Part shown: positions 1-9,259 of the stretch, one piece after another
Layout of the letters: every line of letters begins with the position of its first letter
How positions within the stretch are numbered: position 1 is the first letter of the stretch
DNA from: Acidobacteriota bacterium
GTDB lineage: Bacteria; Acidobacteriota; Thermoanaerobaculia; UBA5066; Gp7-AA6
DNA length: 40,814 nt
Assembly: GCA_003222385.1 (NCBI GenBank)
Contig: QHVV01000080.1
Location: forward strand, 20,129-60,942
Direction of reading: 5' to 3'
Program-made: the position numbers and the translations under genes
The notes under the pieces: model-generated
Database searches by the model: none
Seen by the model: the letters and a program-made list of their open reading frames with translations, nothing else
Told to the model about the DNA's origin: nothing

Positions 1-1
1 C

Positions 2-85
2 GGATTCGCCTTCTCCGGCTTCGCGGATGCGGTGGCGGTCGGCGTGCTACTCTTCGGCCTCCTACGCCTGCGCCGGGCGCGGTGA
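2..85 (+). CDS. 3' end of a membrane protein running in from the left edge (possibly apolipoprotein N-acyltransferase Lnt)
   Basis: Frame 2 reads GFAFSGFADAVAVGVLLFGLLRLRRAR-stop (TGA 83-85), a TM helix plus basic tail. The lnt guess rests only on common lnt-prfB synteny. Confidence 0.4.
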   Translation, partial: GFAFSGFADAVAVGVLLFGLLRLRRAR

Positions 86-134
86 ACTGAGGCGGGAACT
101 GACCCTCCTGGATCAGACCCCGCGACGAATTGAG

Positions 135-1254
135 ATGACCGAACGCGACGACCTCCTCTCCTCTCTCTCCGACGCCTCGGAACGCCTGGCGGCGCTCCGG
201 GGCTATCTTTGATCGGGACGCCGCGCGGAGCGCGCTCGAGGAGCTGAGGCAGAAGACCGCCGCGACCGATTTCTGGGCCCGCCCCGAGGAGGCGCAGGAA
301 GTCCTCCGGACGATTCGCGGGCACGAAAAGACGCTCGAGACTGCGGATCGCCTGGACGAGCTCGCCGACGAGCTCACCACATTCGTCGAGCTCCTGAAAG
401 AGGGGGAGCCTGCCGAGCCGGATGCGCGCGAAGCGATCCGCTCCGTTCGGCAGTTCGCCGACGATCTCGAGCTCACCGTCAAGATGGGCGCCTCCGAGGA
501 TCCGAAGAACGCCTGGCTCATGATCCACGCGGGCGCCGGCGGGACCGAATCCCAGGACTGGGCGGAGATGCTTCTGCGGATGTACCTGCGCTTCGCCGAG
601 GAGCGCGGCTGGAAGGCGGAGCTGATCGAGAGGCAGGACGGCGAGGAGGCGGGCCTCAAGAGCGCGACCCTTCACGTCGTGGGTGACCACGCATACGGCT
701 ACCTGAAAGGCGAGATGGGGGTCCACCGTCTCGTCCGCATCTCCCCGTTCGACGCGGCCAAGCGCCGGCACACGTCCTTCGCCTCGATCTACGTTTCGCC
801 CGAGATCGACGAGGACATCCAGATCGAGATCGCCGACAAGGATCTCCGAATCGACACGTACCGCTCGAGCGGCGCCGGAGGGCAGCACGTCAACGTCACC
901 GACTCGGCCGTCCGGATCACGCACCTTCCCACGGGCATCGTCGTGACGTGCCAGAACGAGCGGAGCCAGGGGCGCAATCGCGACATGGCGATGAAGGTTC
1001 TGCGGGCGCGGTTGTACCAGAAAGCGCTGGACGAGCGGCGCGCCGAGGAAGAGCGGCGCGTCGGCGACAAGAAGTCGATCGAGTGGGGGAGTCAGATCCG
1101 GTCCTACGTGCTTCACCCGTACCGCATGGTCAAGGACCACCGGACCGGGTACGAGACCGGCAACACCGACGCGGTCCTGAACGGCTCCCTGACGCCGTTC
1201 ATCGAGGCGTACCTCATGGCGAGTCCGAAGTCCAAGGTCCAGACTCCGAAGTAG
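135..1254 (+). CDS. prfB: peptide chain release factor 2, translated via a programmed +1 frameshift
   Basis: ATG 135 gives MTERDD...LRGYL, then CTT TGA (207-212). The +1 frame from 211 is open and in frame with ORF 484-1254, which has the SPF (RISPFD) and GGQ motifs and WGSQIRSY. Confidence 0.97.
198..213 (+). promoter_or_regulatory. prfB +1 ribosomal frameshift cassette
   Basis: CGGGGC TAT CTT TGA T: purine-rich internal SD-like run, TAT, slippery CTT-T and in-frame UGA, as in canonical RF2 autoregulation. Confidence 0.93.
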
Positions 1255-1268
1255 AGGTCGTGCGGGCG

Positions 1269-1820
1269 ATGAACTGGATGGAGGACATCGAGCGGCGCCT
1301 CGCCTCGCGGCCGCGCCGTGCTCCCGAGAAGGGCAACGCCCGGCGCGCCGCGGTCCTCGTGCCGCTCTTCGTTCGCGAGGGGATGCTCTGGATCGTCTTC
1401 ACCCGCCGCACCGAGACGGTGGAGCACCATCGGGGGCAGATCTCCTTCCCCGGCGGGGCGGAGGAGGAAGACGACCGAGACCTCTCGGCGACCGCGCTCC
1501 GAGAGACCCACGAAGAGCTCGGCATCCTTCCGCAAGACGTGCGGCTTCTGGGAGCGCTCACCCCGATCGTCACGGTCACCGACTTCTACGTGGCGCCGTT
1601 CGTCGCAGCGATCCCCCAGCCGTACGTGTTCGCGCCGGCGGAGAGCGAGATCGCCGAGGTCGTGGAGGCGCCGGTCGCGGCGCTCTCCGATCCGGCGATC
1701 AAGGAGACGAGAATTCTGCCGGGCCGCGACGAGCCGGTGCTCTTTTACCGGTATGGAGAGAACGTCATCTGGGGCGCGACCGCCCGCATCCTGTCGGAGC
1801 TGCTCGAAGCGGTGGCGTAG
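1269..1820 (+). CDS. Nudix hydrolase, CoA pyrophosphatase (NudL/PCD1-like)
   Basis: AAVLVPL, FTRR..HRGQISFPGG, Nudix box ALRETHEELGI and C-terminal IWGATARIL. The start is taken at MNWMED. Confidence 0.9.
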   Translation: MNWMEDIERRLASRPRRAPEKGNARRAAVLVPLFVREGMLWIVFTRRTETVEHHRGQISFPGGAEEEDDRDLSATALRETHEELGILPQDVRLLGALTPIVTVTDFYVAPFVAAIPQPYVFAPAESEIAEVVEAPVAALSDPAIKETRILPGRDEPVLFYRYGENVIWGATARILSELLEAVA

Positions 1821-1843
1821 ACCTTCACTGATGGGCGGGGGGA

Positions 1844-1935
1844 GGGGTCGGTCTCCACTTGCCACTTTGCCCGCAAAGCGGCAAGGACAGCCGTCTGACT
1901 TTCAGCCTGCAGGTAGTCAGTGAAGACCTGACCCC
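1844..1935. repeat. REPIN/MITE-like inverted-repeat element, copy 1
   Basis: GGGGTCGGTCTCCAC ... GTGAAGACCTGACCCC terminal inverted repeats with an internal hairpin TTGCCACTTTGC-CC-GCAAAGCGGCAA. It lies between convergent genes and is homologous to 15423-15516. Confidence 0.85.
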
Positions 1936-1946
1936 GCGAATGCCTC

Positions 1947-2837
1947 TTAATGCCTGCCGTAGCTCTTCTCGCCGGCCGGAATCGGGATCGGCAGCCGGTT
2001 CTGCGGCGGGGGCAGGGGACACGTCGCGAACGGGGTGAACGCGCACGGGGGGTTGTACGCCTTGTTGAAGTCCACGACGGTCCTGCCGTCCTTGCCCGGC
2101 CGCGGCGCGTACAGGAACCGGCCCGCGCCGTACGTTTCGGTGCCGTTCGTCCGGTCTCCGAAGATCAGAAACATCTCGTCCTCGCCCTGCTCGTTGACGG
2201 CGTCCAGGCGATGCTCTTTCCCATCGATCCGGAAGACGACCGCTCCGGGCGACGGCTCCTGCGAGATCGTCCCCAGGATGCTGGGGATCGCGATCGTCTT
2301 GCCCGCCGGGTACGGTTCGAACCGCGCGTCGAGGCGCCACGCGGAGCGGACGGGGAAGGCGTCGATCCCGTGGAACGCCTTTCGCGCGGCGTTCGCGCTG
2401 TCCTTGACCCGGACTCCCAGCTTGTCGCCGCGTTTGATGAGATAGAAGGAGATCGTCCCGTGCCGGGCGATCGTCGGCTTGCCCGATTCGTCGGAGGCGA
2501 GATCGAGCGACCGAACCCTCTCGGGTCCGCTCGTGACCTCGACGCCCGGCGCCACCTCGAGGTGGGCCCTGCCGCCGGCGAGCCGGATCCGGCCGAGCTC
2601 GGAGGGCGCCTTGCCGGCCGGGAGAACGATCCGGTTCGAAGGCGCCGAACCGATCGGATTGTCGCCCGTCTCCAGCCACGAGAGCGCGATCACCGTCAAC
2701 CAGCCGTCGTCCGCGGTCAGATGCCGGATCCGCTCGGAGCGCCACTTCTCGATCTCGGCGCGATAGGCCGTCTCCGACGCCGGCGCCGCCGGGAGCGCGG
2801 CCGTCAACGAAAGGAGAGCGAAGAGAAGACGGACCAC
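1947..2837 (-). CDS. DUF1684 domain secreted protein
   Basis: Signal peptide; FGDRTNGTETYGAGRFL and DFNKAYNPPCAFTPFATCPLPPPQNRL..GEK, which are DUF1684 hallmarks. Confidence 0.9.
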   Translation of the reverse strand: MVRLLFALLSLTAALPAAPASETAYRAEIEKWRSERIRHLTADDGWLTVIALSWLETGDNPIGSAPSNRIVLPAGKAPSELGRIRLAGGRAHLEVAPGVEVTSGPERVRSLDLASDESGKPTIARHGTISFYLIKRGDKLGVRVKDSANAARKAFHGIDAFPVRSAWRLDARFEPYPAGKTIAIPSILGTISQEPSPGAVVFRIDGKEHRLDAVNEQGEDEMFLIFGDRTNGTETYGAGRFLYAPRPGKDGRTVVDFNKAYNPPCAFTPFATCPLPPPQNRLPIPIPAGEKSYGRH

Positions 2838-2856
2838 CGTCGAACCGAGGACGGCT

Positions 2857-4500
2857 TCAGCTGGCAGCGCGGTCGAGCGCCAGGAGCTGTTCCGCCCGAT
2901 CGAGGTTTCCCCGGGCCGCGGCCGGAGGCGTCTCGAGCGACAGCGACTTGTGCAGAGCTTCGACCGAGCCGGCGAAGTCGGCCCGGCGCATCCGGACGAC
3001 GCCCAGGTCGTTCCAGAGCACCGCCGACTTCGGGCTCGCCTCGAGCGCCTGGACGAGCGCCGCCTCCGCCTCCGCGAACTTTCCGGAGTCCGCCAGCGCC
3101 GCGGCGAGGCCGCTCGCCGCCTCCTCGTTGCCCGGCTCGGCCTCGAGAGCCGAAGCGTAGGCCGCGCGCGCCTCCTCGACGTTCTTCCGCTCCGTCCTCA
3201 TGTGCCCGACGGCCGACCAGAGACCCGCGGTCGGCGGCCCGAGGCGCGCGGCTTCCGCCAGCTCCTGCTCGGCTTCCTTCTGCGATCCCTTTTTCCGGTA
3301 AGCCCGGCCGAGGTTCTCGTGGTACGCTCCCTCCTGCGGCTTGAGCTTCACGGCCTCCGAGAAGTGCTGGATCGCCTGATCCACGTCGCCCGCGCGGTAG
3401 AGCAGAACGCCGAAGTCGTTGTGCGCCTCGGGAAAGGTCGCATCGATTTCGATAGCGCGCCCGTACGCCAGCCGTGCCCCGCTCGTGTCGCCCGCGGCGT
3501 CGAGCGACCGCCCGAGGCCCGTCGCGGCGGCGAGATTGTGCGCATCGAGCTCGAGCGCGCGGCGATAGTGGCTCGCCGCCGTGTTCCACTTCTTCTGCTG
3601 CTCGGCGATCCGCGCGAGCCCGAACTCCGCCCGGCCGTTCGAAGCATCGAGAACGACGGCGGCCGTGAACTCGCGCTCCGCGTCCGCCTCCTGGCCTCCG
3701 GCGGCCGCGATCTCGCCCAGGAGACGGTGCGCCTCGGCGCTCCGGGGGTCGAGGTCCGCCGCGCGGCGCGCGTGCGTCGTGGCGCCGGCGAGGTCGCCCG
3801 CTTTCAACGCCTTGTCGGAGGCGTCCAAGAGCGGCAACACGTTGACGCCCGGCTCGATCGGCGTGGGGCCGGTTCCGGCAGGCGCTCCGGAGATCGGCGA
3901 CGAGGTCACGAGGCCCTTCTGCAGGTCGGACGCCCGCTTCCGGGCAGCGTCGGACTCGGCGGAACGGCCCAGCTTTTCGTACGCCTCGGCCAGGAGGAGC
4001 TGGACTTCCGGATCGTTCGAGCCGGCCGCCGTCTTCAAGTCGCCGATCGCTTCCTCCATCTTCCCGTCCGACATCTTTCGCCGCGCGCTCCGTTTCAGCT
4101 CCTTGAGCTCCGAAGGGCCGAGCAACGGCGTCGTCCCCCCGATCTCCGCCCGAACCGCCTGCGCCAGCCGCGCGAAATCCGGGCTGTAGAGATCGCCGAT
4201 CACGACGAGGTCCGGCCGCGCCGAGTAGGCGGCCTTCAGGTTGTCGCGCGCGCTCTTCGAATTCCCCGCGATGTAGAACGCCCACGCGCTGTTCAGATAC
4301 AGATCCGCCTTGCGGTCCGCGGGCGCGTCGGCGGAATCGGCGGCGCGAGCGTATTTTTCAGCGGCCTCCTTGAAGCGGCCGGAGTCGAATGCCCGCTTCG
4401 CCTCGGCCTCGAGCCTCTCGGCGTTCTGCGCGAACGCGATCGCGGCCGCGAGCAGAAGACCCGCGAGCCCGGCCAGCGCGCGGATCGCGCGGGGTCTCAC
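2857..4500 (-). CDS. secreted tetratricopeptide repeat protein (~547 aa)
   Basis: GTG 4500 overlaps the kinase stop codon. Signal peptide ends ...AIAFA-Q, followed by many TPR units (EAHNDFGVLLY, YHENLGRAY, LWNDLGVV). The upstream part of the 1118-aa ORF is a shadow frame. Confidence 0.85.
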   Translation of the reverse strand: MRPRAIRALAGLAGLLLAAAIAFAQNAERLEAEAKRAFDSGRFKEAAEKYARAADSADAPADRKADLYLNSAWAFYIAGNSKSARDNLKAAYSARPDLVVIGDLYSPDFARLAQAVRAEIGGTTPLLGPSELKELKRSARRKMSDGKMEEAIGDLKTAAGSNDPEVQLLLAEAYEKLGRSAESDAARKRASDLQKGLVTSSPISGAPAGTGPTPIEPGVNVLPLLDASDKALKAGDLAGATTHARRAADLDPRSAEAHRLLGEIAAAGGQEADAEREFTAAVVLDASNGRAEFGLARIAEQQKKWNTAASHYRRALELDAHNLAAATGLGRSLDAAGDTSGARLAYGRAIEIDATFPEAHNDFGVLLYRAGDVDQAIQHFSEAVKLKPQEGAYHENLGRAYRKKGSQKEAEQELAEAARLGPPTAGLWSAVGHMRTERKNVEEARAAYASALEAEPGNEEAASGLAAALADSGKFAEAEAALVQALEASPKSAVLWNDLGVVRMRRADFAGSVEALHKSLSLETPPAAARGNLDRAEQLLALDRAAS

Positions 4501-6344
4501 TGTCCGCCCATTCCCTGTTCGACCGCCACGGCGGCGGGCGGAGTCCAGGGGGTCTCGCCCCGTTCCGGCACGGTGATCTGCTGCGTCACCGGCTGGAAGC
4601 CTTCGCGGTGGAGCGTGACGCTGTACGTGCCCTTGGGCATCCGGAGCCGCGAGGCCTGCGGAAGGCTGCCCTTGTACTTTCCGCCGATGATGACGGAGGC
4701 GCCCGCCCACGACGCGTCGGCCTTGATGACGAGATACCCGACCGGGAACTGGTACGCGATCGTGTTGGACTCCTTGGGCCCGACCTTGAAGTCCCGCTGA
4801 TAGGGCTCGAGCCCCTCGGCCTCGAAACGCACGCGATGGCTGCCCTCGGCGAGCTCCAGCGTCCGGGCCGGGATCGAGGGCCCGATCGGCTTCCCGTCGA
4901 CGTAGAGAGTCGCGACCGGGATCGAGCTGAACTGAACGCGCCGCTTCGAGATCGGAACGGGCGCCGGGGCTGCGGCCGGAGGCGCTTCCCGCGCGGACGC
5001 GTCCTTCGGCGGAAGCTCGACCTTCGCCTGCGCCGGCTTCTGCGGCAGCTTCGGAGCGTTCAACTCCTTGCCGAGCTGCGGCTCGGGAAATTCGATCGGC
5101 GCCGCCTTCTCCGCGGGTTTCGCGGCGGGCGCCGAAGGCACGGGAGGCGCTTGTGATTTTCCGCGACTCAAATACAGGAACGCGGCGACTCCCGCGACCA
5201 GGACCGCGGCAACCGCGATGAAGATCGGCGTGCGGCTCGGAGCAGCGGGCGGCTGAAGAGCGATCTCCGCGCTCTTGCCGGCGATCGTCGCTTCGCCTGG
5301 CAGGTCCTCGGGATCGCGGAAGTTCACGAGCTCGAGCCCCGCCTTTCTCTTGAGAGAGGCGGACGACGGCGTCGCGTCGAGCGCGGCCGGAACCCGCGCC
5401 AGAGAGCCGGAAGGAGGCGTGATCGAGGAGGGCACGATCCCGCCGGACGGCGTCATGACGGTCGCGTCGATGTCGTCGGCGGGCAGGACCGCCGTTGGGA
5501 ACTGCCCGGACGACCCGGCAATCGCGCGCTGCACGTTCAGCAGGTCCTCCTTGAACGTGTCCATCGAGGGATAGCGGTTCTCGCGTTGCTTCTCCATCGC
5601 GCGGCCGACCGCGGCGACCAGCGGAGGAGGAGAATCGGGCGAGAGCATTTCGATCGGCTCGGGCGTCTCGTTCAGGATCTTGTAGAGAACCGTCGAGAGG
5701 TGCTCTCCCCGGAACGGCTTGCGATAGGTCAGAAGCTCGTAAGCGAGGATGCCGAGGGAGAAGATGTCGGTGCGGCGATCGACCGGCTCTCCGCGAATCT
5801 GCTCCGGAGCGAGGTAGGCCGAGGTCCCGAGCGTGATGCCGGTCTGGGTCAGGTTCGATTCCGTCTGGAGCGATTTCGCGATCCCGAAGTCCATGATCTT
5901 GACCGACCCGTCGTCGAGGACCCTCACGTTCGCGGGCTTGATGTCCCGATGGATGATTCCCGCCGCGTGCGCGTACGCGAGCCCGTCGGCGATGGCGACC
6001 AGGATCTCGACCTTGCGCTGGGTCGGCAGCGGATCGGCGCGCTTGATCTTCCTGTCGAGGTCCTCTCCCGAGAGGAACTCCTGAACGATATAGGGAATGC
6101 CGTTCTCGACGCCGAAGTCGTAGATGGTCGTGATGTGGCGGTGGTGGAGGTTTCCGGCGAGCTCGGCCTCCCGGAAGAACCGGCTCTTGATCTCCTCGTC
6201 GTTCAGCTGGCAAGTCTTGATCGCGACCGTTCGCTTGATGTACGGGTCGCGGCCGCGGTACACGGCACCGAAGCCCCCGGAACCGATCTTTCCGGTGACT
6301 TCGTATTTGCCGATCTTCTCGGGCAACGGGGTTTCTTGCGGCAT
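4497..6344 (-). CDS. Hanks-type Ser/Thr protein kinase with TM helix and C-terminal PEGA-like domains
   Basis: GSGGFGAVY, VAIK, HRDIKPAN, DFG, YLAPE and DIFSLG motifs; TM segment IFIAVAAVLVAGVAAFLYL; ATLYVDGK and LPKGTYSVTL-type repeats. Confidence 0.95.
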   Translation of the reverse strand: MPQETPLPEKIGKYEVTGKIGSGGFGAVYRGRDPYIKRTVAIKTCQLNDEEIKSRFFREAELAGNLHHRHITTIYDFGVENGIPYIVQEFLSGEDLDRKIKRADPLPTQRKVEILVAIADGLAYAHAAGIIHRDIKPANVRVLDDGSVKIMDFGIAKSLQTESNLTQTGITLGTSAYLAPEQIRGEPVDRRTDIFSLGILAYELLTYRKPFRGEHLSTVLYKILNETPEPIEMLSPDSPPPLVAAVGRAMEKQRENRYPSMDTFKEDLLNVQRAIAGSSGQFPTAVLPADDIDATVMTPSGGIVPSSITPPSGSLARVPAALDATPSSASLKRKAGLELVNFRDPEDLPGEATIAGKSAEIALQPPAAPSRTPIFIAVAAVLVAGVAAFLYLSRGKSQAPPVPSAPAAKPAEKAAPIEFPEPQLGKELNAPKLPQKPAQAKVELPPKDASAREAPPAAAPAPVPISKRRVQFSSIPVATLYVDGKPIGPSIPARTLELAEGSHRVRFEAEGLEPYQRDFKVGPKESNTIAYQFPVGYLVIKADASWAGASVIIGGKYKGSLPQASRLRMPKGTYSVTLHREGFQPVTQQITVPERGETPWTPPAAVAVEQGMGGQ

Positions 6345-6443
6345 CGTCCTCGAGGGGCGCGGCAAGTTTAAACGATCGGGCCCGCCGGCGAAACGCGATC
6401 CGGAGCGCCTTTCCGGCTGCCCGCTGCCGGTAAACTCCGGGCC

Positions 6444-6989
6444 GTGACGGCGCCCGGTCGCCTTCTGCTCTTTTCCATCATCGGCTTCGCGCTCCTGCCC
6501 CCGGCATCCGGTTGCCGCCGCGGGAAGGCCGCCCTGGCCCGGGCGGCGAACTCGACCAAGCCGCTCCTGGCGCTCAAGTTCGTCCCGCCGCCGGACGGCC
6601 TCCTGACCGACCGCCATCTAGACCTCTACGTGAAGGTGCGACGCGCGGCGCACGACCGGTCCGAATCCGACGCGGCCCGGGCGCTCGGCGTCGACCCGGA
6701 CGAGTTCGCCTGGGTACGGGCCCGCATCGTCGAAGCCCTCGTGGCGCTCGACGAGACGCGGGTGCGCGACGCTTCTTCCGAGACGTACGCGCGAACGATC
6801 GCCTCGCTCCGGCAGACGCTCCGAAGCGTGCGAGACGCCCCGACCGCCCGGACGATCGAGTCGCAGATCGCGGGACTCGAGCGCGAACGGGGAGGCATGC
6901 GGCGGGCGGATCCCGTGCCGCCGGCGCTCGCCGCCAACACGCGGAAGGTTGCGGCCCGTCGAGCTGAGATCGAAGCGGCGCTCGAGTGA
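6444..6989 (+). CDS. hypothetical lipoprotein (helical)
   Basis: Hydrophobic N-terminus ending ASG-C (lipobox-like); stop overlaps the next start (GTGA). Confidence 0.65.
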   Translation: MTAPGRLLLFSIIGFALLPPASGCRRGKAALARAANSTKPLLALKFVPPPDGLLTDRHLDLYVKVRRAAHDRSESDAARALGVDPDEFAWVRARIVEALVALDETRVRDASSETYARTIASLRQTLRSVRDAPTARTIESQIAGLERERGGMRRADPVPPALAANTRKVAARRAEIEAALE

Positions 6990-8023
6990 CCCGACTCGAA
7001 GAGCTCCTCGCCGGGGAGATCGAGAAGGGCTCGTTTCCCGGCGGAGTCGCCCTGGTCGGCGGCGTGGAGGGTGTGACCGACCTGGCTGCGGCGGGTTTCG
7101 CGGTCCGGGACCCCGAGGAAATCGCGGTCTCCGTCGACACGCTCTACGACCTGGCCAGCCTGACGAAGCCTCTCGTGTGCGGCGCGCTCGTCGCCGCGGC
7201 GCTTCCGGCGCTGGACTTGAAGTCTTCGCCGGCGCGGTATCTCCCGGAGTGGAAGGCCACCCGCTACGACGGCATCACTCTCGAGTCGCTGCTGACGCAC
7301 ACCTCGGGGCTCCCCGCCTGGTATCCGCTGTACGCGCGCGGCGAGGGTGCCGCAGCCTATCGGCGGACGCTCGGTTCGATCGAGCCCGAAGCGAAGCCGG
7401 GCGAGCGCGTGATCTACAGCGACTTGAACTTCCTCCTCTTCGGAGACCTGCTCGAGCTCCATCTCTCGGCGCCGCTCGATACGGCGTTCGCGAAGCTCGT
7501 CGGGCAGCCGGCCGGCTCGGCCGCCGCGTTCCTGCCGGGCCGGTCGCCGCGCGTGGCCGCCACCGAGAGGGGCGACGTCACGGAGAGACGGATGACGGCG
7601 GAGATGGGACTCTCCTATCCGCGGTTTCGCGACGGCGTAGTCTGGGGAGAGGTTCACGACGGCAACGCCTTCCGCCGCGGAGGCGTCGCGGGCAACGCGG
7701 GTCTCTTCGCTTCCGCGCGCGACGTGTGGTCGCTCGCCCGGCCGTGGCTCGACCCCGCGCGGGCGGAGATGACGCGCGACCGCACGGGAGAGCTGTCGGA
7801 GGCGCGCGGGCTCGCCTGGCAGGGCGGCCGCGGCGCCGGGTCCGCCGCCGCCTCGATGCCGGCCTCCGCCTTCGGCCATACCGGGTTCACGGGAACGTCC
7901 GTGTGGGTCGACCCGGAGGCCGGACGGATCGCCGTCCTGCTGACGAACCGCATCCATCCGCAAGCGCGTCCGATCGACTTCAACGGCGTGCGAAAACGCT
8001 TCCACGAAGCGGTCTGGAGCTGA
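6986..8023 (+). CDS. serine hydrolase, beta-lactamase/class C-like family
   Basis: SxxK (LASLTK), LLTHTSGL, YSD, GEVHDGNA..GGVAGNAGLF and HTGFTG motifs. Confidence 0.9.
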   Translation: MTRLEELLAGEIEKGSFPGGVALVGGVEGVTDLAAAGFAVRDPEEIAVSVDTLYDLASLTKPLVCGALVAAALPALDLKSSPARYLPEWKATRYDGITLESLLTHTSGLPAWYPLYARGEGAAAYRRTLGSIEPEAKPGERVIYSDLNFLLFGDLLELHLSAPLDTAFAKLVGQPAGSAAAFLPGRSPRVAATERGDVTERRMTAEMGLSYPRFRDGVVWGEVHDGNAFRRGGVAGNAGLFASARDVWSLARPWLDPARAEMTRDRTGELSEARGLAWQGGRGAGSAAASMPASAFGHTGFTGTSVWVDPEAGRIAVLLTNRIHPQARPIDFNGVRKRFHEAVWS

Positions 8024-8059
8024 CGAATCCAACCGGTTCCGCGTGGTATAGATAAAGAC

Positions 8060-9253
8060 GTGGAGCGCGAAAAAGAGATCGTCATCGTCGAAGGCGCCCG
8101 GACCCCGATGGCCGAATACAACGGGTCGTTTTCGGACGTTTCGGCGATCGACCTGGGCGTCGTGGCCGCAAAGGAGGCCCTGGCGCGCTCCGGCACCGAC
8201 CCCGCCGAGATCGACCACGTGATCTTCGGAAACGCGCTCCAGACCTCGGGCGACGCGATCTACGGCGCCCGGCACGTCGGATTGAAGGCGGGAGTCCCGA
8301 AGGAAGTGCCCGCGCTGACCGTGAACCGCCTCTGCGGCTCCGGCTTCGAATCGATCGTGCAGGGAGCTCAGCGGATCCTGCTCGGAGAGGCGACCACCGT
8401 GCTCGCCGGCGGCATGGAGAACATGTCGCAGGCTCCCCATGTGATCCGCGGAGCCCGGAAGGGCCTGCGCCTCGGCCAGGGACAGCTCGAGGACTCCCTG
8501 ATGGTCGCTCTGCTCGACAGCTGGTGCGGCCTGTACATGGCGCAGACCTCGGACCGCGTCGCCGCGAAATACGGGATCTCGCGCGAAGAGCAGGACGAGT
8601 ACGCCCTGTCGTCCCAGAAGCGAGCGGCCGCGGCGTGGGAGAGCTGCCGGATCTCCGAAGAGATCGTCGGGGTCGACGTGAAATCCGGCCGCAAGGCGGT
8701 CCGCGTGACCCGGGACGACCACATGCGGCCGGACACCACGATCGAAGCGCTCGCGAATCTGCCCCCCTCCTTCGGGAAGGACGGGCAGGTCACGGCCGGC
8801 AATGCGTCGGGAATCGTCGACGGCGCGGCCGCCGTCGTCGTCACCACCGCAGAGAACGCGCGGCGCAAGGGGAAGGAGCCGCTCGGCCGGCTGGTCTCCT
8901 GGGGAGTCGTCGGCTGTGAGCCGGAGTTGATGGGCCTCGGCCCGGCGCCCGCGGCGCGTCTCGCTCTCGAAAGAGCCGGGATCTCGAAGGAGGAGGTCGA
9001 TCTCTGGGAGATCAACGAAGCCTTCGCGGGCCAGATCCTCGGTGTCGTTCGCGAGCTCGGTCTCGACCTCGCGAAGCTGAACGTCAACGGAGGCGCGATC
9101 GCGCTCGGGCACCCGCTCGCCGCGACCGGCACCCGATTGACCCTGACCCTGCTAAAAGAGCTCCGGCGGCGCGGAACGCGGTACGGAGTCGCCGGCGCCT
9201 GCATCGGCGGCGGACAGGGGATCGCGGTCGTCCTCGAATCGGCCGCGTCGTAA
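8060..9253 (+). CDS. acetyl-CoA C-acyltransferase (thiolase)
   Basis: NRLCGSG, NEAF, GHPLAATG and CIGGGQG catalytic motifs. Confidence 0.96.
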   Translation: MEREKEIVIVEGARTPMAEYNGSFSDVSAIDLGVVAAKEALARSGTDPAEIDHVIFGNALQTSGDAIYGARHVGLKAGVPKEVPALTVNRLCGSGFESIVQGAQRILLGEATTVLAGGMENMSQAPHVIRGARKGLRLGQGQLEDSLMVALLDSWCGLYMAQTSDRVAAKYGISREEQDEYALSSQKRAAAAWESCRISEEIVGVDVKSGRKAVRVTRDDHMRPDTTIEALANLPPSFGKDGQVTAGNASGIVDGAAAVVVTTAENARRKGKEPLGRLVSWGVVGCEPELMGLGPAPAARLALERAGISKEEVDLWEINEAFAGQILGVVRELGLDLAKLNVNGGAIALGHPLAATGTRLTLTLLKELRRRGTRYGVAGACIGGGQGIAVVLESAAS

Positions 9254-9259
9254 GAAGCA

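Noticed and set aside
27-212. 61-aa ORF as an independent gene
   Set aside because: Its last 25 codons are the pre-frameshift part of prfB. The rest overlaps the upstream gene in another frame.
2857-6213. 1118-aa ORF as a kinase-TPR fusion or frameshift product
   Set aside because: The N-terminal half is Arg/Gly/Pro-rich shadow translation of the kinase. The TPR gene has its own GTG and signal peptide at 4500.
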